DNA from: Octopus sinensis
Taxonomy: Eukaryota
DNA: 64,000 nt
Direction of reading: 5' to 3'
Assembly: GCF_006345805.1 (NCBI RefSeq)
Contig: NC_043008.1
Location: 48,794,001 to 48,858,000, forward strand
Below, piece after piece: positions 50,548 through 62,515 of this stretch. The position numbers and the translations under genes were made by a program. The number at the start of each line of letters is the position of its first letter. The first letter of the stretch is position 1. The notes beneath the pieces were generated by a model. That model saw only the letters and a list, made by a program, of their open reading frames with translations, was not told the DNA's origin and did not search any database.

Positions 50548-50711
50548 GTGTGTGTCTGTGATAATGTACCTAATGAGAGAAATTATTAAAGTTAAATCAG
50601 TAATTTCCTACATGTTGCTACAATTATGACCATCTCGTATTTTCTCTATCGCATGATAATAAAATTACAAAATCCAACTCTCGTTAAATATTCCCTGACT
50701 GTTTCTCTAAG

Positions 50712-50804
50712 ATGGTGAAAGAGGAGTAGGCAAAACCCTGACTTTGGCTCATGTCATACATTTCTGTGCCATGCAAAAATGGTTTCTCGTTCACGTTCAT
50801 TGGC
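50712..50804 (+). CDS. DAP3: DAP3 coding exon 4 (P-loop)
   Basis: Encodes (Y)[30 protein letters not shown], a Walker A GxxGxGKT matching DAP3 YGEKGTGKTLSLCHVIHFC. Donor C|gtaagt, 93 nt, phases 1/1. Confidence 0.95.
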
Positions 50805-53800
50805 GTAAGTATTTCACTTCTGTCTCGTATATTTTCTACTTTTATCTTATTTTAATAATTTCCCAGTTTTTTTTCTTCTTTCTTTCTTCGTAAAACGTAT
50901 TTCGTTGTGAATATTTTGATAATTTTACACCACGATTTTTTTTTCTTTTCTCTTGTATGTTTTTAAACACCTTTTTTTTTTTTTTCGAAAGTCCACAGCA
51001 GAAGGCAGGCAGCAGCTAGAATTTCATCTTCTGCTGATTCTCTTCCCATCCAAAATGCTTTTTTTTTTATCTCTTATATATTTGTGTTCCACCATTACTT
51101 AGGCAGAATTTACAATGAAGGTGGTTGTGTGTGAAAGCAGTAGCTAGACCTGACACAGTGCTGCCTGCAGCTTTCACAGTAGTCAGGCTGTGAAAGAGTT
51201 AATCCATTGACAGCAAGATTTATAGTTGAGAATAGTTGTCTGTAACAATAGACATTAAACACTGCTGCTTGCAATTGAATGCTTGCAATTAACTCATGTA
51301 TGAGTGTCTGTCTGTCAGTCTCTCTGCATGTGTGTGTGTGTGTGTGTGCATATATAAATAGGTAGATGTGTGTAAGAGCTAAAAAAGAAACGAGATGAGG
51401 TAAATCTTTGAAATAGCCAGTTGCAGGTAGCACTGTATTTCAACTGCTCTGATGTAAAACTATTAGAAATGAAATATCTTGTTGGTTTTGTCAACCATCC
51501 AACTCACTCTCTTCTCTCTTCCGGCAAACGGTCTTTCTGGAAATGTTAGAATTTTTGCACCACTCTCCCCCCCCAGTCCCACTCCTCGTGACATATTATT
51601 TTGTGAACTTCATCCAATTGATTTCTATCACATCTTTTCCTCACATGTTAACGTTGTGATCCCGGATTGAACCTCCCGCACCTTTCCTCCACATAAATAG
51701 GTGTGATCCAGTGGTAAGTAGCTTGCTTCCCAGCCATATGGTTCAGGGTTCAGTCCCACTGCATGGCACCTTGTGCAAATGTCTTCTGCTAAAGCTTTGG
51801 GAGGCTGACCAAAGACTTGTGAGTGGGTTTGATAGATGGAAGCTGAAAGATGCCTGTTGCGTGTGTGTGTGTGTCTGTTTGTCTCCACCATCACTTGACA
51901 ACTGCTATTGCTATGTTTACACCCTTGTAACTTAGCAGTTCAGCCAAAGAGACCAATAGAACAAGTACCGGGTTTTAAAAAAAAAGATCCTGGGTTTGAT
52001 TCACTCAACTGAAATCTCTTCAAGACAGTGCTCCAGTATGGCCACAGTGTAATAACTGAAACAAAAGATTAAAAAAACCCTTTGACCCCCCCCCCCGAGG
52101 AATGTGACCTTATTCTGCACTGGTTTTTACTGTATTGAGTGCATTATCACATAGCTGACATGGTGCTGGCCAATCTATTCTTGGACATCTATAGACGTTC
52201 TGTTGGTGACCATCACAGCTGACAGTGTTGGCTGTCAGATTCACACGAGTTGTTCTTTTGCACTCAATTGTTGGTGGGGTTCGTTCTAGCAGACTGGTCC
52301 AGGTTGATCTGCTGCTGCTGGCAGCGGCGGCAACCATAATCATCTGCTACTCAGAGTTCCGCTTTGTATCCTTTGTCTTTCACTTATTTCTTCGCATGTC
52401 TCCCTAGAAATATGGTTTAGCAGTTCACAAATTCACTCTTTTACACGTTTCAGTCATTTGACTGCGTCAATGCTGGAGCACCGCCTTTAGTCGAAGAAAT
52501 CAACCCAAGGACTTTATTCTTTGTAAGCCCAGCACTTATTCTATCGGTCTCTTTTGCTGAACTGTTAAGTTTTGGAGACATAAACAAGCAATGGTGGGGG
52601 GGGGGGAACAAACACAGATACAAAGACACACACACATAAATATATATTTACACATGATGGGCATCTTTCAGTTTCTATCTACCAAATCCACTCACAAGGC
52701 TTTGGTCAACCAAGGCTATAGTAGAAGACACTTGCTCAAGGTACCATGCAGTGGAATTGAACCTGGAACCATGTGGTTGGGAAGCAAGCTTCTTACCACA
52801 CAGCCACGCTGTTGTTGTTTTGTGTGGGCCACAAAGTTTTTATGAATGGCTTACTGTGACTTAAACCATTCAGTTATTTAGAAGGGACAGTGAGCAGTTG
52901 TATTAAAAGATCACTGAATTCTGACATGTTTGAGTCTTGGTTAAACTGACATACAAAGAAAGAGAAAGAAGCATTAAATAGTTTCAAGACATTCAACGTT
53001 TTGCACTAATTACTTACTAAAATGGTTGCCGCCTCTTTCTTTGATTTAACTCTCTCTCTCTCTCTTTTTCTCTCCTTTGTTCCTCCCTCTCTCTCTCTGT
53101 CCCATCTGCCTCTCTCTTTTTTTTCTCCTCTCCCTTCTCCATCAGTCACCAAATATTGACTTAATAATTGTTCTGCACTATTTAGTTGACCTTTTCTAAA
53201 CACACACACATACACACACATACACACACATATATATATATATATGGTACATACGTGTGTGTGTGTGTGTGTAGTTTAATGAGAGGCAAATCTTTAACTG
53301 GATGTGAACTAAAAAGAATTACAAAATAATGTAGTGAAATAATAAAGTGAAGCAAAATGTTTGTTTTAATTGTAACAAGAGACACTTTTTACACAAAGAA
53401 CTCAGATTTCAAAATTAGTCGTTAAAACTAAATCTAAGGAACTTTTACATTTTAATTCATTCTATCATTTCCTCAAACAACATGAAATTTGCGTGGCTCC
53501 CAGTTTGAGAGATTTACTTTTGATGGGGGTAAACATGTAGCTGTTGACCTGTTATCTTTACCAGAAACACACACACAGACACACACACACGTTTGTCAGG
53601 CTCATGTATTTGTTTATATATTTTAACATTTTTGTCTCTCACCCATTATGTTCTTGTTAAACCTCCATTTGTTCTTCACCCCCTCTCTTCGTTGCCCTCT
53701 CTCCTATTAATTACCTTCTCTCCTATTTTTCTACCATTTCATCTTTGTAATGAAATATAGTTTTGAGTCTGTCCATATCTAACACCCATACCATCAGCTG

Positions 53801-54233
53801 CCTTTGCTCACCATCTCTCTCTCTCTTTCTCTCTTTTACTCTTATTTACTCTCTCTTTCTCCTACCACTTAATTCCTTACCAGTTTTTACTGACATCCAT
53901 TACTCTTTCTTTGTCTCCCTCCTGTCTCTCCCTCCCCACCCTTATCTTACCTATGCTGTTTTCCTATTCAACCTCATTACCAACAACCAGTAAGTAGCTG
54001 CCAATCAGTCTCTCTTCCTCTATCCCCCCCTTCTCTATCGACTTCTTGTTCTAAACCTCAATTTCCCCTCATCATAAATCTCTCTTCTGTCACCCTTTCA
54101 CTCCCAGTTCTCTCCCTCATCCCTCTCTCTTTTACTCAGCCATCCAATCATTGCCTTCAATAAAATAGTTCTTGTCTGAGAACCTTGTTTTCGTGTGTGT
54201 GTATGTGTGCACATGTATGCGCGTACACACACA

Positions 54234-54273
<40 letters not shown>

Positions 54274-55160
54274 CACACAGTGTTTTATTCAGACTTGCTC
54301 TACTAAAAGTTAGGGTTAGTGTTAGGGATGCCGAAATCAAGTTTGATCATTCGAATGTCCTGAGTAGTAAAGACAGCCCCAGGGTTTCTAAATAAGGTCA
54401 ATTGCTACTAAACGAAGAGCAAAGTTTATTCTTATTGGTCAGTTTCAGCTGCATGGTGGAACCAATAATTTAATAATTGCTACATGTTGTAGAGACTGCT
54501 ATGTATCGCCTGGATGGGAGGCAACTGTCATAAGAGACAGTGGTCTCCCTTGCTTTTATTATTTCAATAAAATTTTCGAAATGGGACAAACAACTAATTT
54601 ATATTATTTTCACACTATTCTTTAAATTCTACCAAAATTTTAAATTTTGCTGCTGGAATTTCTACTGAAAGCAAGATATTACTGGTATCTATTGTGCCAG
54701 AGTTGCCGCCCACCCAGCAGCTGTCTGACATTAGCACCTTGTCAAATTACATACTTCACCACATCGTCCAAACTAATAAGAGCCTTCTTCATTATCATCC
54801 AATGATATTTCTCCTTATTTAGAACCCGTGACAGCCATACAACTCACTATTATCGAATTCAAGTAATCAGACATACTTTAGTGTATGTGAAACTTGTAGT
54901 AATTGCTTATCAAAGTCAAACTGTTAATACAAATATTTAACGTCCACAACATGTATTGAATACTCTTTTCTTTATACATGAGTGTGTGTATGTGTGTGTG
55001 TGTGTGCACGATTGACCACTAAATCCACAAGGTTTTTTCATTCTCTCTCTTTTTTCATTCTCTCTCTCTTTATTTCCTTGTGTCCTTTCTGTTGAAGAGC
55101 ATAGGCTCGAAATGTAAAGGACTTTCTCACCTTCCCAAGCATCAGACTAATACAGATATG

Positions 55161-55192
<32 letters not shown>

Positions 55193-56240
55193 GACCTATT
55201 TTGGGCACATGGCAGTCGAGTAATCCACTTTGTCCACGTCCTGACCAACAAAGTCTCTTTAATTCATGTTTCCACCATTTTTTAGATCTTAAAAGATTGT
55301 CACTCATGGGCTTATCTAATCAATGCTCTATTATTATTATTATTATTATTATTTATTTATTAATTAATTAATAGATATGGTAGCAAGCTGGGTGAAATGC
55401 TTAGCAGTATTTTGTCTGCCACTGTTGTGAGTTTAAATTCTTCCGGGTCGACTTTGTCTTTCATCCTTTCTGGGTCATTTAAATATGTACCAGTTATGCA
55501 CTGGGGTCGATGTAATCGACTTCATCCTTTCCCCCAAATTTAAGACCTTGTGCTTCCAGAAGAAAGCATTATTATTATTATTAATAGATAAGGCAGCAAT
55601 CTGGCAGAGTTGTTAGCACCCTGGACAAAATGCTTAGCAGCCTTTTCTCTGTCTTTGCATTGTAATTTCAAATTCTACTGAGGCTGATGTAGCCTTTTAT
55701 CCTTTCGTAGTGAATAAAATAGGTACCAGTTGGTCAATATAACCGACTAGGGGTGATATAATCAACTCACTCCTACCCAGAGAATTTCAGGCCTTGTGCC
55801 TACGGTAGAAAGGATTATTATTATTATTATTAGAGCTCAACACTGAACTAAATACCTTGTGGTGTTTATAACTATAACCCTTTAAGTTTAGAGTTCAAAT
55901 CTCACCAAAATTAACTTTACCTTTCATTCTTAAAGGGTAGGTAAAATAATGTACCAGTTAATTACAGGGGTCGATGTAATCACCTGTCCCCTCTTGACAA
56001 ATATCTGGCCCTGTACCTATGAAACTGTTGTTGTTGTTGTTGTGGTGCAGCAGAAACAGGAGAATGCCAGACTAAATATTGGTATTTAGTTATTGTTCTG
56101 TGTTCAAATCTCAACCGGATTGATAAAATAACAAATGGTATTGAATTACTGGGATCACTTCTCCAACCATGACCCCCCCCCATCCCTCAAGAATTTGTTG
56201 CCTTCAGCCAATAAAAGAAATTACCAATATTGTTTTTCAG

Positions 56241-56377
56241 CGTCAATGTGGAAAAAGGCTTGGCGAGAAATCTCTATGTCAACATTCAAACCGGGTCGAA
56301 TCGACTTCCCTCTCATAGCAGTGGATTGGTTGAAATTGTTCAAGAGTCAGAATGAAGTATTTTTACAGGATATAAAG
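56241..56377 (+). CDS. DAP3: DAP3 coding exon 5
   Basis: tttttcag|...AAG|gtatga. Encodes SMWKKAWREISMSTFKPGRIDFPLIAVDWLKLFKSQNEVFLQDIK, versus DAP3 HLWVKNCRDLLQS...RFDQPLEASTWLKNFK. Confidence 0.93.
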
Positions 56378-56531
56378 GTATGAGAATTCTGTGCGTTCAT
56401 GCGTAAAATAGAGAAGAGTACCAATGCTACCATGTAGCACACTTGAAAATTGTAAATATCTCTTTTTTGTCTTTTTACATGAAACCATTTGTAGCCTTGT
56501 TAACCCACAATTAAGTACACCCCCACACACA

Positions 56532-56930
56532 TATTGGGTCAGCCCATAAATAATGTGGTTTTCTTTGTTTTTCAAAATTAAGATAAACAAATTTCTTTTA
56601 TAATCTAAAATATACTCCCTTTCATTTTCTCCAATGCTCTTCCATCTATATGATAGTCTAGCAGGGCCCCTTTTCCAAAATTCACTCCTCCAGTACTGTT
56701 CTGACCTCCTCTACAGAATTCATATTTTTTCCGTCCAAATGATTTTGAAGATTGCAGAATAAATGATAATTGGAAGGAGCAGTATCCGGTGGGTGGGTGG
56801 GTGGGGCATCGTTTCCCATTCAAACTGCTTCAGCCTTTCGAATGTCATCCTTGCTGTATATGCCCAAGCATTAGTCTGATGGAAGAATACCTTCCGTTTT
56901 GAAACCAAAGATGGTCATTTTTATTCTAGT
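56532..56930 (-). mobile_element. Mariner transposase 3' relic with terminal inverted repeat
   Basis: Encodes AWAYTARMTFERLKQFEWETMPHPP (the HDNARPH...PHPPYSPD region). Terminal TATTGGGTCAGCCCATAAATAATG at 56532. Confidence 0.7.
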
Positions 56931-58549
56931 GCGAACTTAAGCCACGCAAGCTGCTTGCTGTAGATCTCCTATGTAATTGGTTGGTTCGGGTTTAAAAGTT
57001 GAAAGTGGACTAAACCTTTCATATCCCACCAAACAGATAACAACACCGTACCTGGGCGAAGATCTTCTTTAGCCTGGGGTGCACACACACACACATATAT
57101 ATATATATCATCATCATCGTTTAACGTCCGTTTTCCGCGCTAGCACAGGTTGGACGGTTCAACCGGGGTCTGGGAAGCCAGGGGCTGCACCAGGCTCCAG
57201 TCTGATCTGGCAGAGTTTCTACAGCTGGATGCCCTTCCTAACGTCAACCACTCCGCGAGTGTAGTGGGTGCTTTTTACGTGCCACCTGCACAGGTGCCAG
57301 GAGGGTCCGGCATCAGCCACGATCGGTTGGAGCTTTTAATGTGCCACCGGCACGGAAGCCAGTCGGGGGGGCGCTGGCAACGGCCACATATATATGATGG
57401 GCTTCTTTCAGTTTCCATCTACCAAATCCACTCACATGGCTTTGGTCGGCCTAAGGCTATAGTAGAAGGCACTTGCCCAAGGTGCCACGCAGTGGGACTG
57501 AACCAGAACCATTTGGTTGGTAAACAAGCTACTTACCACACAACTTGCTCATAAAATTAATCTACAAGTGGCTGAGTACTCCACAGACACTTGTGGCCTG
57601 AATGTAGTTCTCAGGGAGATTCACAGTGATAAAGAATTACAGGTACAACTCGTTTTTGCCAGCTGAGTGAACTGGAGAATCGTGATATTAAAGTGTCTTG
57701 CTCAAGGTCACAACACTCCACCAGGAATTGAACTCTTGATCTTACAATTGCGAGCTAACACCCTAACCACTAAGCAATGCTCCTTCATAAAAATATTTTT
57801 ATTACTTTGTTAAATCAGATGGTGAGCCGGTAGAATCCTTGGCAGCATGACCAAAATGCTTACTGGCGTTTCATTCGTCTTTATGTACTGAGATCAAATT
57901 CCACCATGGTCGGCTTTACCATTCGTCCCTTTGGGATTGACAAAAAAAGTACCAGTTAAGCGATGGGGTTGATGTTATCAACACATGCCCTTCCCTGAAA
58001 TTGCTGGCCTTGTGGCAAAATTTGAAATCATTAATTAGTTAAAACCAAAGTTGTATCTGACCAAGATTCCAAACCAGCAAGCCTCTGCTTTATCTCGTTT
58101 GTCAGTTTGTCACAAAAGCAATGCTGTTTGGTGCCATACCAGTAATTACCAGTTTGGTCGTTGTGACACTACATATCTCTAGCAATGAGGAACTGACTTA
58201 AGTTTCAGTGGAGGGAATTTTATTATTTTTTTTTTTTTATCTTGTTGCATCGAGATGCAGAGAAACGGAATCTGACTTTGTATAGAGAACAGATGTGGGT
58301 GTTTTTATATATTTTCTGTTTTTTTCTTATTTTTTTTATTATTTTGTTTGTGGAGAGGCTGAGCTGCAGAAGGAAATCTGAGATAGTGAGAAGTTTTTTT
58401 AATGCTGTACATATGTTTTCCTTTTGTCTGCCTGAATCTCTCTCTCTCTCGTGTGTGTGCATATGTAATGTACATGTGTGTGTGTGTCCACAGTATGTTA
58501 TGTGTATGTGCATTTTATATGTGTGTATATGTCTGTGAGTGTGTGTGTG

Positions 58550-58591
<42 letters not shown>

Positions 58592-58618
58592 ATGTGATTG
58601 TGTTTATATATTTTTCAG

Positions 58619-58693
58619 ACTACCTCAAAGTATATCTGGAGTAAACGAGAATCTGCTGAAGAAGGAACAACGTTATCTGAATTAATTCAATTT
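58619..58693 (+). CDS. DAP3: DAP3 coding exon 6
   Basis: tttttcag|...TTT|gtaagt. Encodes TTSKYIWSKRESAEEGTTLSELIQF, versus DAP3 [22 protein letters not shown]. Confidence 0.93.
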
Positions 58694-59539
58694 GTAAGTA
58701 TTGCTGGTGGCATGTAGGAGGCACTATTCAAGCGGGATCATTACCAACGTCGCCTTACTGGCACCTCTGCCGTTGGCATGTGTAAAAAAATTCGAGCGAG
58801 GTGTTGCCAGTACTGCCTGACTGGCCCCGATGTGGTTGGCATTAGGAAAGGCATCCAGCTGTAGAGACTCTGTGAGATCAAGACTGGAGCCTGGTGCAGC
58901 CATCTGGTTTGCCAGTCCTCAATCAAATTGTCCAACCCATGCTAGCATGGAAAGCAGACGTTAAACGATGATGATGATGATGACGATTAATAGTATTAAA
59001 TATTAAATAGTATTAAATTATCTGCCCCAATTCAGGGAGTTAGAAAAAGAGTAACAGTGCAGTCAGTATGGTCATAGGCATAGCTGTGGGGTTAAGGTGT
59101 TCACCTGAGGTTTGGGATCCAATCCCAATGTGTGGCACCTTGGACAAGTATCTTCTTCTACAGCCTTTGGTCAATTAATGCCTTGAGTGAAATGTAGTTG
59201 ATGGAAAGTGTGTGAGAATCTAATGGAATGGTTTGAGGCTGGAGATATATTCTGTTGACCAGTTTCACTCCAACACTTGGCTCCTAGGTAGCTTCAGTTG
59301 AAGAATCCGCTCCAAGAATTATGACCAGGTATTTGGTCTGAGGATAACTTCCTCCCATCATTCTTGGAGGCTTTGAAACTGTTCACTGCTGCTATCATTC
59401 CTCTTCCAACAAATACCAAAAAAATTAGTTTCTACCTCTAATGTCAAATGTCATTTACTTTATTCCACGTCTCTATTTAGATTTTTTTTGTTTTGTTTTT
59501 TCATTTGTTTTTCATTTGGCATTTTGTTTATAATTCCAG

Positions 59540-59618
59540 GGTTTAGCAAGACCAAGATATGCCAGTGATGTTGTGGGATTATTCTGAAAGAAGTAAAGAA
59601 ATCAGCTTCTGAGAAGAA
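59540..59618 (+). CDS. DAP3: DAP3 coding exon 7, with an apparent 1-nt deletion near 59575-59580
   Basis: Reads GLARPRYASDVVG and then, in a shifted frame, ILKEVKKSASEK (DAP3 [21 protein letters not shown]). The exon is 79 nt, but the flanking phases need 80. Confidence 0.85.
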
Positions 59619-60081
59619 GTAAGCAACATTGTGAAACATCATTAAAAATATTTTGTTATTGCAGACATTACATGATTATGCCAACAGTGAATTGTGGGTC
59701 TCCCAGTTGTGTGTGTGTGATGTGTATACTAATGTACGTGGTTTGTGGCTGACACTGTATTTGTGTATGATTAAATGGATGCCTCATGTGTCTCCACAAA
59801 ACTTTATGTAATGTGGAGCTGAGTCAAACTGCTATTAAATATATATACAAAGATACCTGTGTGTGTGTAGTGTATATATATATATATATATATATTATAT
59901 AAATGGATGAATGAATTATCCTTTGTTTACCATTAACATGGAAAATTCAATAAACAGTTACCAGGGTAGCAAAATTCACGCAAGTAACAAGGATGTAGCG
60001 ACCTATTCAAAGGTAGAAACTCCGGGTTAATGTGTAGCATAAGTAAATAAATGGAGTTGAATGAAGATGTTAATAAAATTC

Positions 60082-60173
60082 TTTTACTTTCGACATATAT
60101 TTCGAAGACAACATTGGTTTTATTCCAAAGGAATAAACAGTGTAAAATGCAATCTTCTCATCAGGAAAGAAAG
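60082..60173 (-). ncRNA. Minimal type I hammerhead ribozyme motif (Penelope/retrozyme-like)
   Basis: Minus strand reads CUUUC-CUGAUGA-GAAGA-[long loop]-UCUUC-GAAA-U-AUAU-GUC/GAAAG. All core nucleotides are present, stems I and II are 5 bp each, and stem III has a palindromic AUAU loop. Predicted cleavage is 3' of the C at 60092. Confidence 0.7.
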
Positions 60174-61198
60174 AGAGCCTAAAACCAATGTTGTCTTCGA
60201 AACATATGTCGAAAGTAAAAGAAGTTGAATAGCATCTGCGTTCAACTCCATTTATTTACTTATATATAGATATATTTCATTATGTGGGACCATTAATCCC
60301 TACACAATTTTTTCTCTCTCTGCAGTTTTTTTTTTTTCCTCTCAATCCTTTTCATCGAAGAGCATAGGCTCGAAATGTCGAATACTTTTCCATTCTTTGC
60401 CAGCATTAAACTAATACACTTGTTCGTTGTTTCCTCACTTGTTTTCATCTTTTGTTTTCTGTAAATTTGAGCTGTATATATAGACAAGAGACCGAGACCT
60501 CTGAAGATATGCTGTGATTGAGAAGACCCGGTAAGTAAAGTGAGGTCACAGCCATGGCCTATACCAGTGTTGCATAACCAGCCCATTTAAAAGCTACCCT
60601 TGAATCATCAGGCAATACGCTGCACTTCAGAAGATCTGTTGAGTCAAGTAAAATCAAAAATCAAAAGCAAATCAAAATGGAAGTTGTAGTTGTGGCCGAT
60701 GCGAGTGCCACCTAACTGGCTCCCCATGCCAGTGGCACATAATAAGCACCATTCAAGTGTAGGTTGGTACCAGTGCCACCTGACTGGCTCCCCATGCTGG
60801 TGGCACGTAAAAAGTACCATCCGAACGTGGTCAATGCCAGCGCCGCTTGACTGACACTCGTGCCAGTAGCACATAATAAGCACCCACTACACTCTTGGAG
60901 TGTAGAAACCTTGTCAGATCAGATTGGGGCCTGGTGCAGCCGCCTGGCTTGCCAGTCCCCAGTCAAACCGTCCAACCCATGCCAGCGTGGAAAACTGACG
61001 TTTAACGATGATGATAAATACATTACACACCACACATGTGCAAGTGTCAAGTTTATGTGACTAGTTGTGTATATATGCAGGTGTCAAATTATATACCTGT
61101 GCGTGGGAGAGAGAAGATAGTATGTATGTTTATGGATTGTGTGTATGCGTGTGTGTATCTGTATATATTTAATTCAGATTGCATTTATCTCTCCACAG

Positions 61199-61277
61199 AC
61201 ATCGTGTCCTGGTAGCTGTCGATGGTGTGAATGGACTCTGGGGCACAACTAGCGTCAAAGACGAGAATTATGACTAT
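61199..61277 (+). CDS. DAP3: DAP3 coding exon 8 (Walker B-like region)
   Basis: ctccacag|...TAT|gtaagt. Encodes HRVLVAVDGVNGLWGTTSVKDENYDY, versus DAP3 HLLVAVDGINALWGRTTLK. Confidence 0.95.
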
Positions 61278-61401
61278 GTAAGTTTATCAATGGTCATTAT
61301 CCATCATATATCCATATTGTATCTGTTTGCATCCCAAATTTTGATTTTAATTAATCTTCCAGCTTTTTGTCTATTAACTAAAAGTCAGCCTGTTTATCAT
61401 A

Positions 61402-61968
61402 TACGATGGTGAGTCAGGAAGTAATGCCGTTTTGTTTAGGACAGGTATAATTACCAGCACAGGAACATGTATCATACATCAAAATGAAGCTGGTTCTCTA
61501 TAGATCACATCCTTACTTCTCAACATAGTCACTGTTTCTCTCTATAGCAATGTACCACCTTGAATGAGAGCCTGTATTCCCGCCCCGTAAAATTCTGTTG
61601 ACTGTTCTTTGAGCCACTTCTTCACTACAGTTTTCTCTTCCTCGTCACTAGATTTAGCGCCTTCAGACTATCATCTTTTTGGCCCCATGAAAGAGGGTTT
61701 GAGATGCAAACATTATTCCAGTGACGAGGGAGTAAAAACTGTAGTGAAGAAGTGGCTCAAAGAACAGTCAACAGAATTTTATGGGGCAGGGATACATGCG
61801 CTCATTCGAAGGTGGAACATTGCTATTGAGAAAAAAGGTGACTATGTTGTGAAGTAGGGATGTGATCCACAGAGGACCAGCTTCATTTTGATGCATGATA
61901 CAAGTTCCTGTGTTGGTAATTATACCTGTCCTAAACAAAACGGCATTACTCTTTGACTCACCCTCGTA
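61402..61968. mobile_element. Mariner-derived foldback element/MITE: two inverted copies of the transposon 3' end
   Basis: TA-bounded termini TACGAKGGTGAGTCA. Arms 61402-61649 and 61720-61968 are reverse complements. The plus strand encodes SLDLAPSDYHLFGPMKEGL...GIHALIRRWNIAIEKKGDYV, a mariner C-terminus. Confidence 0.88.
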
Positions 61969-62122
61969 GTTGCTTACTTCTATTGATGTTGTTTGCTGTG
62001 TGAGATTTTTAATGTCAACACTTTACATGCCTGAATGTCTGTCTTTGATGCTATTGGAACCGTTTGTTGTATTTTCTGCAGCCAAAAGAAACATTCAACT
62101 TTTATCCTTCTTAATTTTTCAG

Positions 62123-62182
62123 ATATCCTGTGATAAAATATCTCTTTTCCACAATTTTAGGAAAATATTGAAAAATGATTGG
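62123..62182 (+). CDS. DAP3: DAP3 coding exon 9 (last one found in the window)
   Basis: tttttcag|...TGG|gtaaga. Encodes ISCDKISLFHNFRKILKNDW, versus DAP3 [20 protein letters not shown]. Confidence 0.93.
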
Positions 62183-62244
62183 GTAAGAAATTGAGATTTT
62201 ATTTCCTTGTTTTTCATTTCTTTGTGTAAGATATTGTCTAACTC

Positions 62245-62515
62245 CGGGATCCCAAGGTACTTTTCCCATCATCATCCAGGTCTTCCATTATCTCTACGTA
62301 GGGAAATTCTATGTCCTTGCCATCTGCTCTTTTCCCTCGTTTCAAAGTGAGCAACGTACACTTCGAGATACCGAATTCCATCCCTAGATCCTTGCTGTAC
62401 ATTTACACAATCTCGACCCCCTCTCCATTTCAGGCTCTGTTTTTGTGAATAGTTTTAAATCATTCATGAAATGAAAGTGGTTGAGACATCCATTCTTTCT
62501 CATCTCGTAGTGCAC
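62245..62515 (-). mobile_element. R4/Dong-like reverse transcriptase fragment
   Basis: Frameshifted minus-strand translation LNHFHFMNDLKLF...DLGMEFGISKCTLLTLKRGK...KYLGI resembles the FMDDLKL...FG..KC...YKYLG signature. Confidence 0.6.

Larger units (their letters stand above)
46794..50711 (+). other. U12-type (minor spliceosome) GT-AG intron
   Basis: 5' site GTATCCTTT matches the U12 consensus RTATCCTTT. Branch-like TTCCCTGAC at 50691-50699 with the A 13 nt before the 3' end (AAG), and only a weak pyrimidine tract. Confidence 0.85.
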
